Origin: an uncultured Gammaproteobacteria bacterium
GTDB lineage: Bacteria; Patescibacteriota; Microgenomatia; Woykebacterales; RBG-16-39-9b
DNA: 64,000 nt
Assembly: GCA_964349395.1 (NCBI GenBank)
Contig: CAYGGA010000001.1
Coordinates: 65,991 to 129,990, forward strand
Reading direction: 5' to 3'
Program-made: the position numbers and the translations under genes
Notes under the pieces: generated by a model
Database searches by the model: none
Told to the model about the DNA's origin: nothing
What the model saw: only the letters and a program-made list of their open reading frames with translations
Part shown: piece after piece, positions 53,572 to 63,878 of the stretch
Layout: the number at the start of each line of letters is the position of its first letter
How positions within the stretch are numbered: position 1 is the stretch's first letter

Positions 53572-54386
53572 TAATCATCCTGCAAAATTGCAGCTGCTTC
53601 CTCTGGCCCCACATTAAAAAGGAGGTCCAAAATCGAAAGGTTCGGTAGGAAACCAACTTCTTTGGTAAAACGTTGTGTGTAGGGTAGGCATTTCCAATCC
53701 TGAACGCTAATCGATACTCCCGCGGCTTCAAAAACTTCCGGTTTCATATAGGCCTCATGCGCGGTTCCACCACAAAAATACTCCGTCGCACCAAATTTTT
53801 GACAAATCTCAACCATCCACTCATTGGCGGTGTTTTTACCCTCAGGTTTTTTAATACCCGTGTCTGAATCACGCATCAATAATTTTAAGCGGAACTTGTC
53901 AGCTTTTTTAAGATTTTCGCTGGTTATTGATTCAGTCGGGGATTTCCAATCAGTTTTTATCCCCAAGAGATAATTAATTGCCAAATCAATAGTACCACAG
54001 TTCAGATCAGCCAAAGAAGCTGGGTGAGTCTTCAAAAATTTCTCTACAATGGGGAAGAAGTCGGGAAAGTATTTAGCTTTACCATAAGCAGAAGAGAGTG
54101 AGTTAAGATGCGTAGTAACCCAATCAACCTGGTAACCCACTTGAGTAGCAGAAATTGGAGAGAGTTCATTTACTACCGGTACACTCAAATTGTGGGACCC
54201 AATCGCTAGTTTGATGGGAGCATGAACCTGGTGTGACGATGATCTTTTGGGACCATCGGGGAGTTGAAATACTAATTTTTTGGTGTATTGAGCTGAATCT
54301 GACAACACAAAAACATCGGAATTTAGGGCCCGGGCAAAATAATGAAGCCTTGGCCAATACTGAGGTTGGTAAAATGTAATTCTCAT
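53571..54386 (-). CDS. WbqC-family protein (polysaccharide biosynthesis)
   Basis: 271 aa. MRITFYQPQYWPRLHYFARALNSDVFVLSDSAQYTK is the typical WbqC N-terminus. Confidence 0.7.
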   Translation of the reverse strand: MRITFYQPQYWPRLHYFARALNSDVFVLSDSAQYTKKLVFQLPDGPKRSSSHQVHAPIKLAIGSHNLSVPVVNELSPISATQVGYQVDWVTTHLNSLSSAYGKAKYFPDFFPIVEKFLKTHPASLADLNCGTIDLAINYLLGIKTDWKSPTESITSENLKKADKFRLKLLMRDSDTGIKKPEGKNTANEWMVEICQKFGATEYFCGGTAHEAYMKPEVFEAAGVSISVQDWKCLPYTQRFTKEVGFLPNLSILDLLFNVGPEEAAAILQDD

Positions 54387-55669
54387 AGCCGATATAAGCT
54401 AAGGATATCAGAATCGGTCTTTTGTGAGGCAATGACTTGGGGATTATACGCGGTAACTTCCTGGTAGTCGACTTGGTCATGTTTGGTCGCGATCACGATG
54501 AGGTCCTGATCTTCCAGATTCTCCTTGGTTAGTGCCAGTGAAGTGGTGCCTTTGTAAGTAGGTACCAGAGGATCAAAGTAGCTTACCTGGGCGTTGAGCT
54601 TTTCTAAGGCTGTCCAAAGTTTGAGAGAGGCTGATTCGCGAGTGTCACTGATGTTGGGTTTGTAAGTAATTCCTAGCAAAAGAATTTTGGGTGAGTGGGC
54701 ACGACCGTTGGCTTTAGACTGGGCAATTTCAAAAATCTTCTTGGCCATAAGTTTAGGTTGATGCTCATTAATCTTTAGGGCTTCTTCAACCAGTTTTAGT
54801 TTGACGCCATTTTTGCGCGCATGATCAAGTAGATAAAAGGGATCTACAGGAATACAATGCCCACCCACACCAATCGAAGGGTAGTGAGCCAGGAAGCCGT
54901 AGGGTTTGGTTTTTGCCGCCTCAATGACTTCGTGAATGTCCAGGCCAATTTTTGAAGAATACCTAGCTAGTTCATTGATGAAACTAATATTGACCATTCT
55001 AAAGGTATTCTCGAAAAGTTTGGTAAACTCCGCTGCTTCGACCGTAGAGACTTCGACGACCTTCTTGATAAATTTTTTGTAGAAAAGAGTTACGAGCCTA
55101 GTAGCATCTGGAGTCAAGCCCGCCACGATTCGAGGTGTGTTTACTAAATCATACTTATTGTTTCCTGGATCAACCCGCTCCGGCGCGTGAGCGAGATAAA
55201 CCTGAGTATCCAAATCGAGTTTACTTTTGGCCAAGATCGGCAGGCCGACCCTTCGGGTAGTCCCAACGGAAACTGAACTTTCCAAAATTACCAGGGTGCC
55301 AGGTGAAATGTATTTGGCAGTGTCTAAAAAAGCGCGTTTGACAAATTTTAAGTCAGGCTTGTGGTTGGCTTTGACGGGAGTAGGTACACAGATACACACA
55401 ATCTGCGCTTGACTGATGACTGCAAAATCCATAGTAGGAATAAGTCTATCCAGACCAAGCTTTTTGGCAGCGAGGATACGAGTCTTATCAATACCTAGTC
55501 CATAGGTTAAGTACCCAGCTTTGGAGGTCTCCTTGGCCAAAGCACTACCCACATAACCTAAACCTAAGATCGCCACCTTGGCAGATTTATTTTTTAGTGC
55601 CTTTTTTAAATGGATAACCCCTTGAGGGTAAACAGTTGGCAGACTCATATTGATATACAGAGCAAGCAA
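54383..55669 (-). CDS. nucleotide-sugar dehydrogenase (UDP-glucose / UDP-N-acetyl-mannosamine 6-dehydrogenase family)
   Basis: 428 aa. NAD-binding KVAILGLGYVGSALA. Catalytic Cys region GGHCIPVDP. Confidence 0.85.
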   Translation of the reverse strand: MLALYINMSLPTVYPQGVIHLKKALKNKSAKVAILGLGYVGSALAKETSKAGYLTYGLGIDKTRILAAKKLGLDRLIPTMDFAVISQAQIVCICVPTPVKANHKPDLKFVKRAFLDTAKYISPGTLVILESSVSVGTTRRVGLPILAKSKLDLDTQVYLAHAPERVDPGNNKYDLVNTPRIVAGLTPDATRLVTLFYKKFIKKVVEVSTVEAAEFTKLFENTFRMVNISFINELARYSSKIGLDIHEVIEAAKTKPYGFLAHYPSIGVGGHCIPVDPFYLLDHARKNGVKLKLVEEALKINEHQPKLMAKKIFEIAQSKANGRAHSPKILLLGITYKPNISDTRESASLKLWTALEKLNAQVSYFDPLVPTYKGTTSLALTKENLEDQDLIVIATKHDQVDYQEVTAYNPQVIASQKTDSDILSLYRL

Positions 55670-55916
55670 TTCATAACTTCATACTACCCGGGGCAAGCGA
55701 TTGTTGTCAATTGGGAAATGAGGGTTTTGACATCTCTATCTTGCCAATTAGTAGCTTAGTTTATTAAATAACCTTTAGGGTTTGTTTGGAACAAATTGGC
55801 TAGCCCAAGCTAAGTAGGTAAGTGGGGGAGGGTGGAGAATACAGTTGGAGCGTGCAGGTGGAACTAACTACTTGAGTTCTTCGCTATGCTCAGAAACGAG
55901 CCCCTGCGTATCTATC

Positions 55917-55991
55917 TGGAGCGGGTGAACGGAGTCGAACCGTCGTTTTCACCTTGGAAGGGTGATGTAATAGCCGTTATACCACACCCGC
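55917..55991 (-). tRNA. tRNA-Gly(TCC)
   Basis: 75 nt. Acceptor GCGGGTG/CACCCGC. Anticodon stem TCACC/GGTGA. Loop CTTCCAA. T-loop GGTTCGACTCC. Confidence 0.85.
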
Positions 55992-56108
55992 TTATTAATA
56001 CTGCCACTTTTTCGAGCAAAGCGAGAAACGAAATTCGTAAGAATTTCCTACCAATCCCGCTTGTACTGCAGGGGTATTTTAACAGAAAAATAGGAGTTTG
56101 AAAAATAT

Positions 56109-56669
56109 TTAACTTGGTGTTGCTGGAGTAATATCAGACAGCAAGACACCTTCTACAATCAGTCCTTTGGACCCAAATTCACTTTCCAGCTCTTCTTTGA
56201 TCTTTCTTTCAATATCACCTCTATAGCTAGCTAGTTGAGCTGAAGAAACCTGGGAAATGACTTGTCTGATTCTGCTTCTAGAAAATGGTCTGACAATTTT
56301 GGAGACAAAATCTTCCCCAATATTTTCCCAAAGATGGACAATGTGATCTTTATCAATTTTGAATAAAATAGTTCCTTGGATCACGACTTGATGCCCATCT
56401 TGAGTACTGGCACTAATAGGCTCATCCCCCAGATTTTCTTTATTGGTCATGCTAAAACTGGAAGACACCGTGTACTCTAGAGTCTGTGCATTAAAAAGTT
56501 TGGCTGTTTGCCAAAATGGGAGTTTGAAATGAAGACCTGGTCCCCAAGTGTGACGCAAGACTCCACGTCCCCAATCATAAACCGCGGCTACATGTCCGGG
56601 TGGAACCGAGACAAAGAAACCACCGACCACCTCATCTACCAGGAAAGATACTACTAATTTATCAAACAT
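56109..56669 (-). CDS. SPFH/band-7 (prohibitin/HflK-like) domain protein
   Basis: 186 aa. PGHVAAVYDWGRGV ... GPGLHFKLPFWQTAKLFNAQTLEYT is the SPFH core. Confidence 0.7.
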   Translation of the reverse strand: MFDKLVVSFLVDEVVGGFFVSVPPGHVAAVYDWGRGVLRHTWGPGLHFKLPFWQTAKLFNAQTLEYTVSSSFSMTNKENLGDEPISASTQDGHQVVIQGTILFKIDKDHIVHLWENIGEDFVSKIVRPFSRSRIRQVISQVSSAQLASYRGDIERKIKEELESEFGSKGLIVEGVLLSDITPATPS

Positions 56670-57369
56670 GACGTCTTTTTTTACTCCCTAAGGCGAGAGT
56701 GATAACACCCCGCAGAATCAGGCTGAAAAGCACTGATGTAATAATAAACAAAGCCTTGGTGGCTGGCAAGATCACCAGTAGAATAAAAGTAAAAATGGGC
56801 AAAAGAAGGGGAAACCATTTTTCTGATACTGTGGATCTTGGGATATCCTTTTTAGAATTATACTCCAAAACCAGTTCCAAGAACAGTATTCCCGCGGCGA
56901 TAGCAGACAGCAAGCCATTAGTCTGGACCAGGTCAAAGCCATAAAACTCAGAATTAAACTGCTCGGGATGTTGGACAAAAGAGTAAAGCAAGTCAGTTTG
57001 TTTCTCGCCAAAGCCATTCTGAATAACTTGGTAAAGACCAATCAGGAAAATTAACTGGGCCAAGACTGCCCAAATTTCAGCCATCGGGTCAATGGCTTTG
57101 CCTTTTAAAAGTAGGGTGATCTGGTCTCTTTTTTGCTTGCCAGTCAGAATGGAATCATTTTCAATAGCACTTATCTGAGGAGCCAGAGATTCTAAAATAG
57201 CATCAGTTTTGTATCCTCGGATGGAGAAATAAAGAAAAAGTAGTCTGATAAAAATAGCCAATGAGATAATAGCCCACCCTAAGTTTGGACCAGGAGTGAG
57301 ATTATAGGTAAAAATAACAATATTGTATAAGGGGCGGTAAAATAACTCCGTCCAAATAAAATCTAGCAA
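56662..57369 (-). CDS. yidC: YidC/Oxa1-family membrane insertase, short form
   Basis: 235 aa. GWAIISLAIFIRLLFLYFSIR matches the conserved YidC TM2 motif. 5 TM. Confidence 0.6.
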   Translation of the reverse strand: MLDFIWTELFYRPLYNIVIFTYNLTPGPNLGWAIISLAIFIRLLFLYFSIRGYKTDAILESLAPQISAIENDSILTGKQKRDQITLLLKGKAIDPMAEIWAVLAQLIFLIGLYQVIQNGFGEKQTDLLYSFVQHPEQFNSEFYGFDLVQTNGLLSAIAAGILFLELVLEYNSKKDIPRSTVSEKWFPLLLPIFTFILLVILPATKALFIITSVLFSLILRGVITLALGSKKRRHV

Positions 57370-57537
57370 ATATAAGTCCTCTGAGTAAGTAGTTTAGCAG
57401 GAACAAGCTTCTGCCACAAGCTGAGTCGTTGAAAAGAGGATCATTTTGGGTTAAAATAGAGGCTCGCAGTAACCCTTGCCGGGGTGGCGGAAAAGAAGTG
57501 GCAGCCACTTCTGCGCTGCGCTAGTGCAGACGTATGT

Positions 57538-57624
57538 GGGCGGGTGGCGGAACAGGCAGACGCGTTGGACTTAAAATCCAATGGTAGCAATACCGTGTGG
57601 GTTCGATTCCCTCCCCGCCCACCA
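57538..57624 (+). tRNA. tRNA-Leu(TAA), class II with long variable arm
   Basis: 87 nt. Acceptor GGGCGGG/CCCGCCC. Anticodon stem TTGGA/TCCAA. Loop CTTAAAA. T-loop GGTTCGATTCC. Confidence 0.85.
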
Positions 57625-57771
57625 GAGGAGTTCGCTTTTGCGAAGCAAAACTCGCGTAGGCAGCTCTCCCCCTCGGCACCACAGTATAACAAGCTCCAAA
57701 CTTCATAACTATAGGTTGACATACTGATGCTAAACTGATATACTTTTCGTATCTCTATTGGAGGAATTGCC

Positions 57772-58356
57772 TTGACTAATTATTGGTATCCGGTTGAGGA
57801 GCACGAACCTCGTCAGTACCTCACTGGAGAAACCCATACCAAAGGGGGTTTCGTCGACGATGAGATCTACGCTTCGGCACTCGACCATCTAGTCTTGGCC
57901 TGTGTCGATGCGGTCGTTCTCTTCGAAGGGCGAGTGCTGATCGGCAAAAGGGTCGTCGAACCCCAACCCGACTGGTGGATCATTGGTGGGCGCATGCGCA
58001 AAGGTGATCTCTACCAGGAGGCGGCTGTGAGGAATATGAAGCGTGAGCTTCAGGTTGAATTCGCTCCTGACCGCTTCAATTTCCTGAACGCGTACAACCT
58101 TCTCTGGGATAAGCGAGCCCAAGAGCCGACGACTCATGGTTGTCACATGCTCTCAATCACCATGTATCTGCAATTGACCGAGGAGGAGCATCAGCAGATC
58201 AGGTTGAATGAGGAGTATGGCGCTCACAGGTGGGTTGAGCCGAACGAACTGATCTCTGACCCAGAGAAATACCACCCGTGTTTAGTTCAAATGGCTCGAG
58301 ACATCCAGGCAGTTTTGCTCCGACAAAGAGTCCCGTCTCACGAGCTTAGTAACTAA
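57772..58356 (+). CDS. NUDIX hydrolase, GC-enriched
   Basis: 194 aa. GGRMRKGDLYQEAAVRNMKRELQVE fits the GX5EX7REUXEE NUDIX box. GC by eye about 52%. Confidence 0.6.
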   Translation: MTNYWYPVEEHEPRQYLTGETHTKGGFVDDEIYASALDHLVLACVDAVVLFEGRVLIGKRVVEPQPDWWIIGGRMRKGDLYQEAAVRNMKRELQVEFAPDRFNFLNAYNLLWDKRAQEPTTHGCHMLSITMYLQLTEEEHQQIRLNEEYGAHRWVEPNELISDPEKYHPCLVQMARDIQAVLLRQRVPSHELSN

Positions 58357-58397
58357 CAGCTAAGGCGCTTGCTGTAGTCTTCAAGACTCGCAGGCGC

Positions 58398-59003
58398 CTA
58401 AACTTTTACTCCGTGGCTTTTTAGCTCACTGACTGTTTTGGAAATATTTTCCGGGTTGTGGTGAATAGCTCTGAGCCCGACTATCTTGGCACCTTCGACA
58501 TAATCTTCCCGATCATCAATAAAAACTGCTTCTTCTGGTTTTACTCCCAATCTCCCTAAAGTGATCTCGTAGATTTTTCGATCGGGTTTGCGCACTCCCT
58601 CTAAACATGAGAAAACTTTGGCGTCAAAAATAGCATATTCAGGAGATACTGATAGCTCAGTAGTAGGTTTTTCAGTATTGGATAGAAGAGCTAGTTTATA
58701 ACCGTTGCTTTTTAGTTTCCTGGCAATTTCCCACATTTCCTCAAATTCAAAATAAATCTCGTCCCAAGCTTTTTTCCAGATAGTTAGGACTTTGATGTCA
58801 CGAGATCCCAAGTCTTCTTGGACCTTCATCCAAAGCGTTTCCTCATCCAAAGCGCCCGTATCAAATAAAGTTATATATTTAGAAAGTACTGGCTTTAACT
58901 TATCTTCTGACACATTGAGAACCTTGCTAAAATAGTTTAGTCTTTCGACTTCACCATTCCCTATTAAAACATTCCCCCAGTCAAAAATTATGGCTTTGAT
59001 CAC
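58398..59003 (-). CDS. HAD-superfamily hydrolase (subfamily IA)
   Basis: 201 aa. N-terminal IIFDWGNVL (DxG motif I variant). C-terminal FIDDRED motif. Confidence 0.7.
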   Translation of the reverse strand: MIKAIIFDWGNVLIGNGEVERLNYFSKVLNVSEDKLKPVLSKYITLFDTGALDEETLWMKVQEDLGSRDIKVLTIWKKAWDEIYFEFEEMWEIARKLKSNGYKLALLSNTEKPTTELSVSPEYAIFDAKVFSCLEGVRKPDRKIYEITLGRLGVKPEEAVFIDDREDYVEGAKIVGLRAIHHNPENISKTVSELKSHGVKV

Positions 59004-59172
59004 TAGTTAGTATTTTATGTTTATAAACACAAAAAAGCCACCCAAGCTGAATGGCCTTTCTGCAGATTAGTTCAAAAGTTAAGACAGAGCCGCAATAATT
59101 GCTCCAGCAATACTAACAGCTACGACTTGATAACCAGCAGTAAGTGAGGAAGATTTCATTGCAGTACAGCGC

Positions 59173-59957
<785 letters not shown>

Positions 59958-60089
59958 ATATTTAACAAACCCTCTCCACTTCAAAGTTGTACTAAGACGC
60001 TTTAAAAAGCGAGCGGCTTCCTCGGAATTTTTACGCTCGGAGCGAAGTCCTCACTAAAATTCCGATCGGAGCCAAGCAGTTGTCTCCTC

Positions 60090-60112
60090 ACCACTGCGCC
60101 ACGCCCCGATAT
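60090..60112 (-). repeat. 23-bp exact direct repeat of the tRNA-Pro 5' end (att-like)
   Basis: accactgcgccacgccccgatat is identical to 59939-59961 (tRNA 5' 19 nt plus 4 nt flank). The copies are 151 bp apart. Confidence 0.6.
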
Positions 60113-60157
60113 CACAACATATTTTACCAGAAAAGTGTTTCCTGGTAAACTATAGGT

Positions 60158-60625
60158 ATGAACTTAACCACTGGACAGCCAGCACCTGATTTTAATCTTC
60201 CTGATAAAGACGGTAAAACCCATTCCCTCACCGACTACAAAGGTAAATGGCTACTGATCTATTTTTACCCTACTGATGATACACCAGGGTGCACCACTGA
60301 AGCTTGCACCTTTAGGGATAATCTCCCAAAATTTAAAGACCTGAAAGCAGAAGTAGTGGGAATTTCCACTCAAGATTCTGCTTCTCACACTAAATTTGCT
60401 TCTAAATACCAGATTCCCTTTACCCTACTAGCTGATACTGAAAAAGAAGTTGTTAACAAATATGGTGTCTGGGCACCAAAGAAAATGTTTGGGAGAGAAT
60501 TTTTAGGGACTAAAAGGACTAGTTTTTTGATAAATCCGAGCGGAATAATTACGAGGATTTACGAGAATGTCAGACCACTTACCCACCCTGCTCAGGTTTT
60601 AGAAGATCTAAGAGCTCTCCAATAA
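60158..60625 (+). CDS. bcp: thiol peroxidase Bcp (peroxiredoxin)
   Basis: 155 aa. FYPTDDTPGCTTEACTF peroxidatic Cys motif. Confidence 0.9.
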   Translation: MNLTTGQPAPDFNLPDKDGKTHSLTDYKGKWLLIYFYPTDDTPGCTTEACTFRDNLPKFKDLKAEVVGISTQDSASHTKFASKYQIPFTLLADTEKEVVNKYGVWAPKKMFGREFLGTKRTSFLINPSGIITRIYENVRPLTHPAQVLEDLRALQ

Positions 60626-60991
60626 CTCCTTTATAGGCCCAAAGTAGAAATCCTTCCACCCCTCATCAAAATCTTTTTCTTCACCCTCAGGGATGTCCCA
60701 ATGTTTAAGATTGACCATGGTTCCTTTATTTTTGGCCACCAAGGTAATCACTACTTTTGAGGGTTTTGACCACTCTCCGCCATACCAGTCTTGACTTAAC
60801 ATCAGATTGGGGATCACTTCTGTATTTACTCCATGAATATCTCCACCCCAAAGTTTAAAACTAGAATTTGGTATATCACTCATCACTGCTTCAGTTCCAG
60901 ACCATAGTTCAATAACTTTTGGATCCACTAGTGCTTGCCAGACTTTTTCAATTGGAGCTTGGATATGATATGTTTGTTTCAATACTTTCAT
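60608..60991 (-). CDS. SRPBCC-superfamily protein (AHSA1/polyketide cyclase-like)
   Basis: 127 aa. N-terminal IQAPIEKVWQALVDPKVIELW is typical of the family. Confidence 0.6.
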   Translation of the reverse strand: MKVLKQTYHIQAPIEKVWQALVDPKVIELWSGTEAVMSDIPNSSFKLWGGDIHGVNTEVIPNLMLSQDWYGGEWSKPSKVVITLVAKNKGTMVNLKHWDIPEGEEKDFDEGWKDFYFGPIKELLESS

Positions 60992-61011
60992 GCTTTGAGG
61001 ATAATAAATTG

Positions 61012-61335
61012 ATGCAAAATAAACAAGCTGAAATTGTTTACAATATTGTTAGAAACATTCCTAAAGGATATGTGTTGACCTATAAAGCAGTTGCCCAGTT
61101 AGCGGAAGTATCTAATCCTAGGCAAGTGGGACACATCTTGCACCTAAATCCATTTGAAGGTGAAGTTCCCTGCCACCGAGTGGTTTCAAGTTCTGGAAAA
61201 GTAGCTAAAACCTTTGCCTTTGGTGGGGGAAAGGCTCAGCAAAAGCTTTTAGAAAAAGAGGGGATTTTATTTATCAAAGATAAGGTCAATTTAAACATCT
61301 ATCTGTGGAACCCATTCTCAAGGAAAAATTCTTGA
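61012..61335 (+). CDS. methylated-DNA-protein-cysteine methyltransferase, DNA-binding/catalytic domain only (MGMT-like)
   Basis: Track ORF 60919..61335. The likely start is the internal ATG at 61012. Active-site PCHRVV present. Confidence 0.7.
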   Translation: MQNKQAEIVYNIVRNIPKGYVLTYKAVAQLAEVSNPRQVGHILHLNPFEGEVPCHRVVSSSGKVAKTFAFGGGKAQQKLLEKEGILFIKDKVNLNIYLWNPFSRKNS

Positions 61336-61425
61336 GCAGGGATTTGATTGTCTTGGTTGCTTATTTAGCCTAAAATAGATTTATACAAGCTTTAAGGGAA
61401 ATCCCGCGTTTGCCCAAGCAAAACT

Positions 61426-62562
61426 ATGGCTGACAATAAGTCGGAAGCAATTAAAAAACACAGGCAGCTCAATGGCAAGATTGAGGTCAGAAGCAAGGGT
61501 AAAATCTCTACCTTAAAAGATTTAAGTATCTACTACACTCCAGGTGTAGGAGCAGTGTCCAAATATATTGCTGATAATCCCCAGGAATTCAGAAATTTAA
61601 CAATTAAAAAAAATACAGTGGCCGTGGTCACTGATGGGTCTGCAGTCCTTGGTCTTGGAAATATTGGACCCTATGCTGCTTTGCCCGTGATGGAAGGGAA
61701 GGCACAATTGTTCAAGGAACTGGCCAATATTGACGCCTTTCCCATTTGTTTAGACACCCAAGACACCGAAGAAATTATCAGAACTGTCAAAAATATTGCT
61801 CCAGTTTTTGGAGGTATAAATCTAGAGGATATCGCTGCTCCTAGGTGTTTTGAAATCGAAGAAAGATTGAAGGCTGAACTAGATATACCAGTTATGCATG
61901 ATGATCAGCATGGCACCGCCGTAGCAGTTTTAGCCGGAATAATTAACTCCCTGAGTATTGTTCAAAAGTCTTATACAACTATTAGAGTAGTAATCCTTGG
62001 TGCCGGAGCAGCCGGCGTGGCTATCTCTAAGCTTTTGCTTCTCTACGGTATCAGAAACATTGTGGTTGTCGACTCCAAAGGAATAGTGTCTAAATCGAGG
62101 TTCGACCTCAACAATTCGAAGAAAGAGTTGGCTAAGATCACTAATCCTGACAATTTGGGTGGAGATCTCAGGAAAGCCATGATTGGGGCGGATGTTTTTA
62201 TTGGGGTGGCCGGACCAAATCTAGTTACCAAGGAAGACATAAGGTCCATGAACTCTGGGCCCATTGTTTTTAGCATGGCCAATCCAGTGCCTGAGATTTT
62301 ACCTAGTGTAGCTAAAAAAGGGGGCGCACTGATAGTGGCTACTGGTAGAAGTGACTTTCCTAATCAATTAAATAACGCTTTATGTTTTCCCGGCATTTTT
62401 CGAGGCGCTTTGGATCACCAAGTTAGCCAAATCACCGACGAGATGAAGATCCTAGCCGCAGAAAACCTCGCCTCTTTAGTGAAAAAACCCACCCCTAACC
62501 AAATCATTCCCAATGTTTTTGATCCAAAAGTGGTCCCCGCAGTTGCTCGCGCGATCGCTTGA
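61426..62562 (+). CDS. NAD(P)-dependent malic enzyme, short form
   Basis: 378 aa. IYYTPGVGAV. DDQHGTA. GAGAAGVAI Rossmann motif. Confidence 0.9.
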   Translation: MADNKSEAIKKHRQLNGKIEVRSKGKISTLKDLSIYYTPGVGAVSKYIADNPQEFRNLTIKKNTVAVVTDGSAVLGLGNIGPYAALPVMEGKAQLFKELANIDAFPICLDTQDTEEIIRTVKNIAPVFGGINLEDIAAPRCFEIEERLKAELDIPVMHDDQHGTAVAVLAGIINSLSIVQKSYTTIRVVILGAGAAGVAISKLLLLYGIRNIVVVDSKGIVSKSRFDLNNSKKELAKITNPDNLGGDLRKAMIGADVFIGVAGPNLVTKEDIRSMNSGPIVFSMANPVPEILPSVAKKGGALIVATGRSDFPNQLNNALCFPGIFRGALDHQVSQITDEMKILAAENLASLVKKPTPNQIIPNVFDPKVVPAVARAIA

Positions 62563-63052
62563 CAAATACTTGTAAAAAATATATATTTGATCTCCTAAAA
62601 GATGAGAGAGGCACCTGCGGGGGACAAATTGCTTCCAAAATTTGGTAGCAGCTTGTCCTGCGCAGGACCCTCAGACACACGGTCACCTGTCAACCAAGCA
62701 ATTGGAGATAGGTAAGAGCAAAGTGAGAGAATAGCCCAAAACTCTCTGAGCCGCTTCGAAAGGATGCATACCTTCAAGTGGCAATACCTGGCGGACCTGG
62801 CCCGGATTAAACCGAGTCAGCAGGAAGAAGCGCGTGTACTGGGGTATAAAAAAGGCTGGGGAAAAGATGACATAGTAATGGTGTCAAAAAGAGACTCACG
62901 TCTCCTCGGTAAGCAACTGACCGCTGCACTGGTTGGAAGCAAGCCCGCCGTAAACCCCTCCTAAGTAGAGAGAGATCACCGGGTCCGTGCTGACGATGCT
63001 TTTACTACGTGTGTATGTGTGAGGCAAGCGTCAGATCCCGTTATCTAGCAGT

Positions 63053-63064
63053 GAACATTTGTTC
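63053..63064. promoter_or_regulatory. LexA-box-like palindrome GAACATTTGTTC (perfect GAAC-N4-GTTC) in an ORF-poor region
   Basis: tGAACATTTGTTCat is a perfect Cheo-type core. No annotated CDS adjacent. Confidence 0.35.
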
Positions 63065-63539
63065 ATCCGAACAGATCTTCCTGCTTTCCGCCGCTGAAAG
63101 CTGCAGTCTTTCCTCGGCAATTTCAGAAGGCCGGTGCTGAGTTTTGTGTCCGCTCCACGAACTCACACCGGCCTTACCTCTTTAATATGAGCTAATGAGA
63201 AGCAAATTGGTTTCAAAATTTGAAATTAGTTTGCTCTTCACTGAGCCCTGCAGTCTATCGTCACGATAAAAGGCACCTCCCAAGCTTTCCATCGCGATTT
63301 GGTAGCTGCAGGTAAAAAGAGATCCAGAGTCCCCGTGACAGCTTCTGCTAGACTCTGCTCTAGTGGTGATGAGATCCCTCACTAGGGTCCGGAGACACCA
63401 CTTGCCCGACTGTAATCACGGATAGCAGTAGGGCATAAATATAGGGTCGGTATGTGTACAGACGACTTGTTTGAGTTCTGTTCACCTCTACCGGCCCTCT
63501 TCTTTTTATAAATAGATTTCCTTTCATGACCAAAAAACT

Positions 63540-63568
63540 AGCCCCGGGTGGGGGCTAGTTTTACTTAG
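63540..63568. terminator. bidirectional intrinsic terminator (CTAGCCCCGGGTGGGGGCTAG flanked by A-run and T-run)
   Basis: aaaaaaCTAGCCCCgggtgGGGGCTAGtttt. Confidence 0.6.
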
Positions 63569-63741
63569 TCGTTAAAATCTACACTCTCTTTTTCAAGAGG
63601 TTCTTTTAATCTATCAATCACCGTGATATCAATATCATGAGCCGTGACTTGATCAGGAGAGGCTCGTTCACTTGTGGGGCTCAGTTCTCGAAACTTTTCT
63701 GAGTCCACCGAGACTGGGTGACGTGCTTTTTCTTCGATCAC
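63565..63741 (-). CDS. small acidic hypothetical protein (58 aa, below track cutoff)
   Basis: GTG start with strong SD GGAGGTG 6 nt upstream. Ends at the bidirectional terminator. Confidence 0.4.
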   Translation of the reverse strand: MIEEKARHPVSVDSEKFRELSPTSERASPDQVTAHDIDITVIDRLKEPLEKESVDFND

Positions 63742-63878
63742 TATTCACCTCCTCTTGCAGCAGGACCTTAATCTAAATCTTGGCACCCAATACTGTCAAC
63801 AAAGAAGCATCTAATAGGTTCGGGTTTATGCACTAATTGAAGCTTAAAAAAGATAAGTTCAACCAGTCGGCTATCTGG

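Noticed and set aside
57441-57722. ORFs 57441..57722(-), 57484..57708(+), 57521..57706(-) and 55886..56101(+)
   Set aside because: They overlap tRNA-Leu / tRNA-Gly genes and the GC-rich tRNA sequence. These are spurious open frames.
62563-63540. RNase P RNA, tmRNA or SRP RNA in the 1-kb ORF-poor region
   Set aside because: I looked for GGAAAGTCCGG / ACAGAACCCGGCTTA (RNase P P4), a tag-peptide ORF plus T-arm/CCA (tmRNA), and the SRP domain IV motif on both strands. None was present.
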